Assembly: GCA_021814165.1 (NCBI GenBank) | Contig: JAKAIX010000001.1 | Location: 77,623-141,622 of the forward strand | Source of the DNA: a bacterium | Lineage (GTDB): Bacteria > Patescibacteriota > Minisyncoccia > UBA6257 > GWB1-50-10 | Direction of reading: 5' to 3' | DNA: 64,000 bases | In this document: positions 10,095 to 18,037 of the stretch, in pieces | How positions within the stretch are numbered: the stretch's first letter is position 1 | How the letters are laid out: each line of letters starts with the position of its first letter | Notes under the pieces: generated by a model | Databases searched by the model: none | What the model was told of the DNA's origin: nothing | Seen by the model: only the letters and a program-made list of their open reading frames with translations | Position numbers and translations under genes: made by a program

Positions 10095-10298
10095 GTTTAA
10101 TTTTTCAAACTCCTGGATATTAAATTGAAGATGCGTCGGAGCGACGCTCGGCGCCTCAAGTGCGCCTTCCAAACTCGACCCCAAGAATACGATTCCGTAT
10201 ATCACGAATGCGCCCGTGATGAGCACCATCGCCGAGGCAAGCACGATGAAAAACATATTCTTGGAAGCCAGACGAATTGTTCTTATCTTCTCACGCAT
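10080..10298 (-). CDS. Small single-pass membrane protein
   Basis: 72 aa with one long hydrophobic segment; directly downstream of the PilO-like gene. Confidence 0.7.
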   Translation of the reverse strand: MREKIRTIRLASKNMFFIVLASAMVLITGAFVIYGIVFLGSSLEGALEAPSVAPTHLQFNIQEFEKLNLIQK

Positions 10299-10303
10299 GT
10301 TAC

Positions 10304-10828
10304 TTAGCGATAATACACCCGCCCCTTAAGCGTCATCGTGAACCGTCCCTCGTCGTTTCTTAAAGAGACGTTATCGATTGTATTCAGATATTTGAAGGTT
10401 TCCATCGCTTTGAGGAACGCGAGCGATGTCTTGGTGTCGCTTCCTCCAAGCGCGAGCGAAAATCCGATCGATCCCAATCTATCCTTCGTCGGTTGCGTTT
10501 CGCTGGTAAAGGAAAACCCGTAGGTTAACTGATACTGGTTCGCGAGCGTCTGAAGCGACTGATTAAGATCGATAAGATTGTCATACGAAGGAATAATCGC
10601 CTGAAGCACGCTTAAATAGTTCTTTGCCCTTGAGTTATATTGGGCCTCGAGAAGCGCCTTGTCGTACACTTTTGAGGTCTGACTCGCGAGCAATTGTCTC
10701 GCCTGGGTAATTTTCAGAAGGTACTCACTGATGTTGCTTTTAAAGAAAAAAATGCCCCATAACAGCGCGACGATGAGTATAAGTGCGACACCGAGGTCGA
10801 TCCAGAGGCGTTTTTTGAAACTGTCCAT
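10304..10828 (-). CDS. PilO-like type IV pilus assembly protein
   Basis: N-terminal TM, then coiled coil, then a C-terminal alpha/beta domain (FLKAMETFKYLNTIDNVSL...MTLKGRVY). Start ATG 10828. Confidence 0.6.
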   Translation of the reverse strand: MDSFKKRLWIDLGVALILIVALLWGIFFFKSNISEYLLKITQARQLLASQTSKVYDKALLEAQYNSRAKNYLSVLQAIIPSYDNLIDLNQSLQTLANQYQLTYGFSFTSETQPTKDRLGSIGFSLALGGSDTKTSLAFLKAMETFKYLNTIDNVSLRNDEGRFTMTLKGRVYYR

Positions 10829-10857
10829 GGCTCTCTTCCTATTATAGCGTACTCGGC

Positions 10858-10886
10858 TTGAACCCGCATCCGTCTCATCGTACACT
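10858..10886 (+). promoter_or_regulatory. Sigma70-like promoter for the tRNA-Ala/GIY-YIG unit
   Basis: TTGAAC-17 nt-TACACT, 9 nt before the 5' tRNA copy. Confidence 0.65.
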
Positions 10887-10895
10887 ATACGCACT

Positions 10896-10953
10896 GGGCC
10901 GTTAGCTTAGCTTCCGCCAGAGGCGGACCAGCCTTTGGCTGGGGTAAGAGCGC
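10896..10953 (+). repeat. Duplicated 5' end of tRNA-Ala with a twin hairpin inserted in the D-loop
   Basis: GGGCCGTTAGCTTAG [CT TCCGCC-AGA-GGCGGA CCAGCC-TTT-GGCTGG] GGTAAGAGCGC versus the tRNA GGGCCGTTAGCTTAGTTGGTAGAGCGC. Confidence 0.9.
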
Positions 10954-10959
10954 AACCTT

Positions 10960-11205
10960 ATGTTCTCTGTCTATGTCTTAAAAAGCCTGAAAAACGGGAA
11001 GAGATATATTGGGTATACGAGCAAACCTCCACAAGTAAGGTTAAAAGAACACAATAATGGTTCGAATGCATTCACCAAAAATAACAAACCATTTGTGTTG
11101 ATATATTCCGAACAGTATAGTAATAAAAGAGAAGCCATCCAGAGAGAGCACTTTCTGAAATCAGGGAAGGGGAGAGAATTTCTGGATAACAGTTTGGGCC
11201 GTTAG
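10960..11205 (+). CDS. Small GIY-YIG nuclease family protein
   Basis: SVYVLKSLKNGKRYIGYT...RLKEHN...AIQREHFLKSGKGRE. The stop TAG is tRNA-Ala positions 8-10. Confidence 0.93.
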   Translation: MFSVYVLKSLKNGKRYIGYTSKPPQVRLKEHNNGSNAFTKNNKPFVLIYSEQYSNKREAIQREHFLKSGKGREFLDNSLGR

Positions 11206-11268
11206 CTTAGTTGGTAGAGCGCCTCGTTTGCAACGAGGAGGTCACCGGTTCGAATCCGGTACGGTCCA
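11196..11268 (+). tRNA. tRNA-Ala(TGC)
   Basis: Acceptor GGGCCGT/ACGGTCC with G3-U70, anticodon arm CCTCG TT TGC AA CGAGG, T-loop GGTTCGAATCC. No encoded CCA. Confidence 0.97.
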
Positions 11269-11272
11269 CATA

Positions 11273-11338
11273 CAAAACCCCCGACCCCTGGTCTAGAAAA
11301 CCCTCGGTTTCCCACAGCCTTCCGACACAGGGGTTTTG
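11273..11338 (-). repeat. Multi-stem element downstream of tRNA-Ala
   Basis: Closing stem CAAAACCCC/GGGGTTTTG. The minus strand contains GTCGGAA, GGAAACCGAGGGTTTTC and GGGGTCGGG, which resemble parts of the element after tRNA-Leu. Confidence 0.55.
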
Positions 11339-11412
11339 CTTTTATTTTGCGAGGCAAAAAATGCTGAATCCGAATGGGTTTTTTGAGAGTATTGTAGGTT
11401 GAATCGCAACCA

Positions 11413-11913
11413 TTGATAAAATCCCGTTCTTGTTGGATAATTTTACAAACGATATACATGGGTAATTTCAATCTGTTCAATCTTGAAGTGCATTTTAAGC
11501 CAAGTTTCTCGTTACGCTTTCGAAAAAAGCGCCTTGATAAGGTATCAGCAAATATACTTTTTATTGATGATTCAGATTGCCCTGTGGTTGAAAACTTGAC
11601 CAAGGCTGGTTGGTCGGTAAAAAAGATCGACGATATCGTAAATGTTCAAGACGAAGAAATAAAACGAGCCGACATAGTTTTTGTAGATTACAAAGGTGTT
11701 GGTATCGACCTTTCAGAGGAAGAACAAGGAATTAGTGTGATAAAAGCTATTAAGAAAGCATATGGTGATTCCAAGAGAGTTATCCTATATTCCGCATACG
11801 GACATTTTAAGTTAAGCATGAACATGCGCGTCGCCGATAATCAGATGTCAAAAAACTCAGATACATTTGAATTTATCTCTATGATTGAATCTGAGTTAGA
11901 GAAAATTAAATGA
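11413..11913 (+). CDS. Response regulator receiver-domain protein
   Basis: ILFIDD, IVFVDYKG (phospho-Asp), ILYSA and a conserved Lys (SKNS). Start uncertain; ATG 11458 is possible. Confidence 0.75.
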   Translation: MIKSRSCWIILQTIYMGNFNLFNLEVHFKPSFSLRFRKKRLDKVSANILFIDDSDCPVVENLTKAGWSVKKIDDIVNVQDEEIKRADIVFVDYKGVGIDLSEEEQGISVIKAIKKAYGDSKRVILYSAYGHFKLSMNMRVADNQMSKNSDTFEFISMIESELEKIK

Positions 11914-12878
11914 CATTTTATCGAAGAAAAAATACGGGAGGTGAGGTTACCGCTACCAACATTCCGGAAAACTTTGATATATCTAGCTACACCACAAAAG
12001 AATTTAATTTAGGAGATGGAAAAATTGAGTTCATCACTAACGACTTAGAACTAGTAAAAAGATCAAAAATTTTAAGGAAAGTTGTTGAAACAAGCGGTCC
12101 AATAGTTATTTCTATTCAAGATAATTTTATCAACCAAATAAAAGAGCACTCTCACACTCTAAAGAGACTCCAGGGGCAATTGAAACAAAAAATAGAGGGG
12201 GTTGTAGATTGCAAAAAATTTCCTAACAAGAACCACTCTGAGCAACGAGAGATTGTGTCTAATGAGATTAAGTCAGATGTTAAAACAATAGCTGATGTAT
12301 TGATTTATTTACGGAAAAGAATACTTGAAATAGATGCACATATTGCTAGTTTCGAAATTATTCATATGGGAGAAGAAATTCAACTTGATATACGACCGCA
12401 TAACATTCGAAATATCATTATTAACATCCTATATGCCTTTGAAGATGAATCCCGGGGCACATGGATTAAACCTAGTTTCCAATTCACGAATGAGCTCGCC
12501 GAAACGAATAAAATCAAACTAGACTATAAAACAGTTAATACAGCTTTCTATAATTTCTTTGATAACGCAATTAAATATATAAAACCGAGCTCTGATATAA
12601 GATTCTTTCTTTCATTTCAGGATGGAGAATTTAAATTATTAATAACGATGATCAGCTTGAGAATTGAACAAGAAGAACTAGCAAAAATATTTGACTTGAG
12701 ATATAGGGGTAAAAATGCTGAAAAAGTTGAAGGATTGGGTATAGGAATGTATGTCGTCAAGAAAGCGCTAGAATTAAATAGATTTTCTATCAAAGTCAAT
12801 CCTGATTACAGTCACATGGAACATTTTCAAGGTAAGCAATATATTCTCAATCAGTTTGAAATTTCTGGGAGGGTTTAA
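11910..12878 (+). CDS. Soluble histidine kinase-like protein (HATPase_c)
   Basis: Putative H-box EHSHTL, N-box NFFDNAIKY, F-box IFDLRYRG, G2 GLGIGMYVVK. No TM segment; ATGA overlap with the receiver gene. Confidence 0.8.
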   Translation: MTFYRRKNTGGEVTATNIPENFDISSYTTKEFNLGDGKIEFITNDLELVKRSKILRKVVETSGPIVISIQDNFINQIKEHSHTLKRLQGQLKQKIEGVVDCKKFPNKNHSEQREIVSNEIKSDVKTIADVLIYLRKRILEIDAHIASFEIIHMGEEIQLDIRPHNIRNIIINILYAFEDESRGTWIKPSFQFTNELAETNKIKLDYKTVNTAFYNFFDNAIKYIKPSSDIRFFLSFQDGEFKLLITMISLRIEQEELAKIFDLRYRGKNAEKVEGLGIGMYVVKKALELNRFSIKVNPDYSHMEHFQGKQYILNQFEISGRV

Positions 12879-12889
12879 TAATCGATATT

Positions 12890-13435
12890 ATGCCACCCTC
12901 AGTTGTAAAAACAATTCGTGATCTCGTCTATTGGGAATACGCAAAACTCATCACTGGGCGAGCAGTAGGTGATCGAAAAAATCGGCCATTCTGCATGCAC
13001 ACGTTTTTAAAACTAAGAAATGGGCAAATTCACCCTTCGACAATTCTTCGAGAAAATCATTTACTCGTCGAAGAGGGGACTGAAAAATGTACCTACTGTG
13101 GTCATTATAAGAGTGGACTAGAGTGGGAACATATAATACCAACTTCTCGTGGAGGACCAGACACTATCGATAACCAGGTCTTAGCTTGTAGACGGTGCAA
13201 TGCGGAAAAAGGCGACAAGTGTTTATATGATTGGTATGGAGAAGAAAGAAAATACGAAATCCCTCGTCTAGCTTGGGGTAAATATTTGAAGGTTATCTAT
13301 GATTTACATGAGCAAGTGGGTACTCTCGATTCAACTTGTTCAAGAACAAATGATCTAGATTGTGTTCTTAAAAGGGGCAGAAATAAGGAAAAATCATGGA
13401 AACGGTTCTCATCACGGGAGCGAGCAGGGGAATAG
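12890..13435 (+). CDS. HNH endonuclease
   Basis: CTYCG...EHIIPTSRGG...NQVLACRRCNAEKG. Confidence 0.9.
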   Translation: MPPSVVKTIRDLVYWEYAKLITGRAVGDRKNRPFCMHTFLKLRNGQIHPSTILRENHLLVEEGTEKCTYCGHYKSGLEWEHIIPTSRGGPDTIDNQVLACRRCNAEKGDKCLYDWYGEERKYEIPRLAWGKYLKVIYDLHEQVGTLDSTCSRTNDLDCVLKRGRNKEKSWKRFSSRERAGE

Positions 13436-13461
13436 AAAGAGCAATTGCAAAAAGTTCTCAA

Positions 13462-13486
13462 TCTATCAAGGCCGGGCCTCGATAGA
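13462..13486. repeat. REP-like palindrome
   Basis: TCTATCAAGGCCGGGCCTCGATAGA. Confidence 0.85.
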
Positions 13487-13499
13487 GAAGTAGATAATT

Positions 13500-14363
13500 A
13501 TGTCAGAAAAACAATTTATTAATTCTCTGCCATATATCAGTAACCCTGTGGAAGAGTTCAGGGATTTCGAGTTTGTGAGCTGGGAGAAGGAGATCTACCC
13601 GAAATTCAAGGGTATTTTAAAGAAGCAGGAAATCGACTTCTTCGTGAATATTATTACCGGTAAGAAATTGAAGAGTATTCTCGATTTGGGCGTCGGTGGG
13701 GGATTGGAGCTGGGCGGCATCATCAAAACGTTGAACGGGATGGATTACAAGCTAAAAACAGTTGAAGCGAACGAAGTAAACGATGAGTTCATCATGCAGG
13801 CAAGCACCTACTTCTACAGGAACAACATCCATGTGCTTATGCATAAAGGAAACTGGATCGATCTGCCATACGCGACACCGCCGTACGATCATCAGTTCGA
13901 TTTCGTGTTTTTGACGGGTAATTCTCTTTCATACCTTGGCGGAGGATCCCGCGAATATACGAAAGACGGAATTACAAGTATTATCGCGAAATTCAGTAAA
14001 CTGATTTCGAAAAACGGCTATCTTTTTATAGATACAAGAAACTTCGACTATATTCATTCACTTATGAACCTCCCCATCAAGGAAGTCGTGAAGAATTTCC
14101 ATTTCGACTACACCGTATACTATCACGGGAGTGAAAAGGATATTATCGTCTTCCCGGCATATATCAGCGATACTATTGTTGTGCTTCACTATTATGACGT
14201 GAAGCGCAAGGTATGGGGTAAACTTGATTACTTCCCGCTCTACGAGCATGATATGGTCGAAATTTTGAGCCATCATTTCGAAGTCGAGAAAATCTATCAT
14301 GACTTCTCCGAAGAAGCGAAGAAAAAGAGTATTTTCATCCAATACCTTGCAAGGAAGAAATAG
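13500..14363 (+). CDS. Class I SAM-dependent methyltransferase (glycine/sarcosine N-methyltransferase-like)
   Basis: ILDLGVGGG motif I, FDFVFLTGNSLSYL, LFIDTRNFDYI. Confidence 0.75.
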   Translation: MSEKQFINSLPYISNPVEEFRDFEFVSWEKEIYPKFKGILKKQEIDFFVNIITGKKLKSILDLGVGGGLELGGIIKTLNGMDYKLKTVEANEVNDEFIMQASTYFYRNNIHVLMHKGNWIDLPYATPPYDHQFDFVFLTGNSLSYLGGGSREYTKDGITSIIAKFSKLISKNGYLFIDTRNFDYIHSLMNLPIKEVVKNFHFDYTVYYHGSEKDIIVFPAYISDTIVVLHYYDVKRKVWGKLDYFPLYEHDMVEILSHHFEVEKIYHDFSEEAKKKSIFIQYLARKK

Positions 14364-14499
14364 AAGCGCCTCAAAATACGTGCATATGCATAAATTTTGA
14401 GGATACTCTCTTTTCTGTCCGATTCTTATCATACAAACGTTTTCGTGATACGATTACAGAATTATGAGTTTTGTAGGTGAGATTTCCGTCTGATCCACA

Positions 14500-15066
14500 A
14501 TGAAACGAGAAGAGAAGATATTGCTTGCAGGAGCCAGTTTCTGGTGGCTGGGGGAGGGGTTGTTCGGACCGCTCTTCGCCGTATTTGCGGGAAGAGTGGG
14601 TGGCGATCTTCTCGACATATCCTGGGCCTGGGCAATCTATCTCTTAGTGACCGGGGTCCTGGAAATCTTCGTGGGCAAAATCTCCGACAAGATAGGCCAT
14701 GAGAGAATGATGATTGCGGGTTATGCTCTAAATGCTATCTTCACATTCTGCTATCTCTTCGTCCATACGCCAGCAGCGCTCTTCGCGGTAGAAGCCGGCC
14801 TCGGCGTTGCACTCGCACTTGCAAATCCCACATGGGATGCACTGTATGCAAAATACGAAGATCGACGTCGGGCGGGTCTTATTTGGGGAGTGGAACATGG
14901 TACCGAGGAAATTATCACCGGCATTTCCATATTTCTCGGCGGCCTCATCGTAAATTACTATTCGTTTACGACACTTTTCATTATCATGGGTATCATTCAA
15001 ACTATGGGAACCATTTACCAAAGTAAAATACTTCTTGTTCGTTCCAAGGCAACTTCTGAAGGTTAA
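14500..15066 (+). CDS. Half-size MFS transporter
   Basis: Motif A GKISDKIGHE; about 6 TM segments in 188 aa. Confidence 0.75.
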   Translation: MKREEKILLAGASFWWLGEGLFGPLFAVFAGRVGGDLLDISWAWAIYLLVTGVLEIFVGKISDKIGHERMMIAGYALNAIFTFCYLFVHTPAALFAVEAGLGVALALANPTWDALYAKYEDRRRAGLIWGVEHGTEEIITGISIFLGGLIVNYYSFTTLFIIMGIIQTMGTIYQSKILLVRSKATSEG

Positions 15067-15159
15067 TAATCACTCATAATCCATAAGGAGCCACGGAAAA
15101 ACGGCAATCTGGTATAATAACGATACAAGGTCGGTTTTTTCGTTTTCCTCAAATACAAA

Positions 15160-15408
15160 ATGGAGAAATGTAAACCAGTTGCCCTTGGCGTCGCAATAGG
15201 CGCGCTCTGGGCGTTATATATCTTCTTCTGCGGTATCACGGCGATATTCGGATGGGGCATTAATCTCGTTGACGTTTTCTCGTCGCTCTACATCGGTTAT
15301 GGCCCCTCCGTTCTCGGCGCCATCATCGGAGCCATTTGGGCTTTCGTGGACGGCTTCGTCGGCGGCGTGATTATCGCGTGGGTATATAACAAAATAGTAA
15401 AGAACTAA
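15160..15408 (+). CDS. Small membrane protein (holin-like family)
   Basis: 82 aa, hydrophobic; SLYIGY..S..GAIIGAIWAFVDG...G.IIAWVYN pattern. Confidence 0.65.
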   Translation: MEKCKPVALGVAIGALWALYIFFCGITAIFGWGINLVDVFSSLYIGYGPSVLGAIIGAIWAFVDGFVGGVIIAWVYNKIVKN

Positions 15409-15489
15409 CTTCCTCTGGCAACTTCGGCTACGGGCGTCTTTTTCCCGTGCATGGTTTATGCACAGGAGTTTTTATGGTTTAATATTCCT

Positions 15490-16032
15490 ATGACACACAC
15501 AACCCCCTCGGTTCCCGAAACAATCAGTATGCAGCTCGAGCGATACAGCAACATCTTCTCTGATTTTGACGCCCAACCGTATCCGAGTCGTACGCTTTCC
15601 GTGGACTTTATCGACGAACTGAAACGGGCCGCGCGAGACAAGAGGGGAGGAGAAATAGAACTTATCCTCCATATCCCGAAACAAGAATGGAACGAACCTC
15701 ATAATACCGCAATCAAGGAACGGCTCACGACACACTTCAAAAAGTACTACCACCTGTTTTGGGAAGAGAAACGCCGCATTCTAAGGATTGGGATAAGCAT
15801 GGTAGTCATGGGTATTCTTTGCATGGTTGCCGCAACGCTTATCGAATTCAAGGATCCTTCGAGAAATTTATACACCTCATTCCTGATAGTTTTTCTGGAG
15901 CCCGCGGCATGGTTTTTACTTTGGGAAGGAATGGATCAGATAATATTCAACTCAAGACACATGAGCGAGGATTTGGATTTCTACCGCAAGATGTCCAACC
16001 TGAATGGCCGCATCCATTTCAAATCATACTAA
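15490..16032 (+). CDS. Hypothetical protein with two C-terminal TM helices
   Basis: IFSDFD..PY..RTLS.DF motif plus 2 TM (EPAAWFLLWEG). Start uncertain. Confidence 0.7.
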   Translation: MTHTTPSVPETISMQLERYSNIFSDFDAQPYPSRTLSVDFIDELKRAARDKRGGEIELILHIPKQEWNEPHNTAIKERLTTHFKKYYHLFWEEKRRILRIGISMVVMGILCMVAATLIEFKDPSRNLYTSFLIVFLEPAAWFLLWEGMDQIIFNSRHMSEDLDFYRKMSNLNGRIHFKSY

Positions 16033-16117
16033 TCTATCGGGATCATAATTTTGATAAGGTAAGTCCTACGTCGCCAAGAAAATGAATCAGTTACGGCTTC
16101 GATAATTTTCTTCATAT

Positions 16118-16435
16118 ATGACAATTCGTGAACTACAGAAGAGAGTAGGTGATTTTTCAAGAGAACATCACCTCGACTCAAATCCGGAGTATAAAATACT
16201 GGATACAGTTTCGGAACTCGGGGAGGTCTCAAAGGAAATACTTAAGATGACGGACTACGGCAAAAAGAGTATGGTGTTCAAAGATGAAGTGGGGCTGGAA
16301 CTCGGAGATCTATTATATTCGGTCGTTACCATCGCAAACTCGTTGAATGTCGATTTGGAAGAGGCGGTGGAAAATGCGCTCAAAAAGTACGGGGAACGCT
16401 TAAAGAAAGGCAGCCCGGGATCGGAAAATGATTAA
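16118..16435 (+). CDS. MazG-like nucleotide pyrophosphohydrolase
   Basis: SELGEVSKE...ELGDLLY...VDLEEA. Confidence 0.88.
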   Translation: MTIRELQKRVGDFSREHHLDSNPEYKILDTVSELGEVSKEILKMTDYGKKSMVFKDEVGLELGDLLYSVVTIANSLNVDLEEAVENALKKYGERLKKGSPGSEND

Positions 16436-17237
16436 ATCAAATATGGAACTATTTCAAGATATCACAAAATTCCTCCTCACACTCTCGGAGGAAGCTGCGA
16501 AAATAATGTTGAAGCACTATTCCGCAAAAGGCATTCAAGTGACCATGAAGGGAGATATGTCTCCGGTTACCGAAGCGGATCTGGAAATAAACAAAATGAC
16601 TATCGAGATGGTAAAAAAATATTATCCCGATTACGAGGTACTCGCCGAAGAGGAATCAACCGAGGTAGAGAATTCTTCGAAGCTTTTCGTGGTAGATCCG
16701 ATAGATGGAACTCATATGTTTGCGATCGGCTCTCCGCTTTTTGTATTTTCCGCCGCAGTGGTAGTGAATGGCGAAAGTATCGCAGGAGTATTGAAAAATC
16801 CTCTTGCAAGAAGGACGCTCCTCGCGGAGAAAGGAAAGGGGACATACCTTATCGAGGAGAATAAGCGCGTATCGGTAAGCCAGAAGCAGAATTTTGAAAA
16901 AGCACTTATCAACTGTGGATGGAAGGAAACAAACCTGCCGAAACTCGTCCATGCACGGGGAGGACGAACTCCCCAAATATATACGGTATGTGAAGTAGCA
17001 TCGCTTATCGCGACAGGGGGATTTGAAGGAGAAGTTTTTACGGGCCCTTCAGCGCATGATATTGCCGCTGCAAAAATCGTTGTCGAAGAAGCGGGAGGGA
17101 AGGTTACCGATCTTTACGGGAAAGAACAACGCTACGATCGAGAAATTAACGGAGCTATCATATCCAACGGATATTTGCATGACGAACTTGTAACTATGAC
17201 ACGAGAAGCGGGATTAGAAATGCAGACCTCAATATAA
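16428..17237 (+). CDS. Inositol monophosphatase family protein
   Basis: VTEAD, AEE, VVDPIDGT, HDIAAA.IVVEEAGG.VTD. Confidence 0.92.
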   Translation: MIKSNMELFQDITKFLLTLSEEAAKIMLKHYSAKGIQVTMKGDMSPVTEADLEINKMTIEMVKKYYPDYEVLAEEESTEVENSSKLFVVDPIDGTHMFAIGSPLFVFSAAVVVNGESIAGVLKNPLARRTLLAEKGKGTYLIEENKRVSVSQKQNFEKALINCGWKETNLPKLVHARGGRTPQIYTVCEVASLIATGGFEGEVFTGPSAHDIAAAKIVVEEAGGKVTDLYGKEQRYDREINGAIISNGYLHDELVTMTREAGLEMQTSI

Positions 17238-17243
17238 TCTTCC

Positions 17244-17684
17244 ATGTCTGACAAAGAACGTTTCAGAATCTATATTGCGTCATTTTTAATTCTTACAAAA
17301 GACAAAAAGATATTACTCCAGAGAAGGACAAATACCGGGTACGAAGACGGAAATTATAGTTTGGTGTCGGGCCACATGGAAGGCGGAGAAACCGCCGTAC
17401 AAAGCATAATCAGGGAGGCAAAAGAAGAAATTGGCATAACACTCAAACCGAATGATTTACAGGTTGTCCATGTCTTGCATCGCTTGAGCTCCGATCGTGA
17501 ATATATAAACGTGTTTTTGAAAACCGACAGGTGGGAAGGGGAAATCATAAATGCGGAGCCGGAAAAATGCGACGACCTACGCTGGTTTTTGCCCGATGAA
17601 CTACCCGAGAATATGATACGAGGAGTCCGATTTGCCCTGGAGAACATAGCAAAGGGAACCTTTTATAGCGAGCTTGGATGGTAA
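17244..17684 (+). CDS. NUDIX hydrolase
   Basis: GHMEGGETAVQSIIREAKEEIG Nudix box; NAEPEKC. Confidence 0.92.
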   Translation: MSDKERFRIYIASFLILTKDKKILLQRRTNTGYEDGNYSLVSGHMEGGETAVQSIIREAKEEIGITLKPNDLQVVHVLHRLSSDREYINVFLKTDRWEGEIINAEPEKCDDLRWFLPDELPENMIRGVRFALENIAKGTFYSELGW

Positions 17685-17772
17685 TGTGATTAATCATCAC
17701 CAAATCATGGTTTCGATTGGTTGTTTTGATTCCAAAAAATGATATCCTTACAGTATAGAGAATCGCACGGAG

Positions 17773-17982
17773 GTGCAGATGCTTTACATCGAAACGGAGA
17801 AAGGAAAACTTTCTCTTCCTCAAACCAAGGAAAGTATGAGATTACTTTCCGCTGCGGAGAAACGAGAAATAGAAAAACCAGTCAAGCTGATCATTCTAAC
17901 AGAGGAAGAGACAGAATCAGAAATCCCTCTCGTGAGAGCAATTATTAAGGAGCTCGGCGGGAGAGAGATACTATCAGTTTAA
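17773..17982 (+). CDS. Small hypothetical protein
   Basis: 69-aa ORF followed by a terminator; no recognisable motif. Confidence 0.45.
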   Translation: MQMLYIETEKGKLSLPQTKESMRLLSAAEKREIEKPVKLIILTEEETESEIPLVRAIIKELGGREILSV

Positions 17983-17987
17983 GGAAT

Positions 17988-18011
17988 AAACCCGCGATTT
18001 TTGCGGGTTTT
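17988..18011 (+). terminator. Intrinsic terminator
   Basis: AAACCCGC-loop-GCGGGTTTT. Confidence 0.65.
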
Positions 18012-18037
18012 CCACTTAGAGTTGGTATAATAGAACC

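Noticed and set aside
10896-11268. Intron-containing or split tRNA
   Set aside because: The downstream tRNA is complete on its own, and no group I/II core or bulge-helix-bulge is evident. The upstream piece is a duplicate, not a missing exon.
15160-15408. Prophage, suggested by the holin-like gene
   Set aside because: No endolysin, structural, terminase or integrase genes nearby.
11270-18011. Classical integrative element at tRNA-Ala
   Set aside because: No integrase, and I found no distal 3' tRNA-Ala repeat (attR) by eye.
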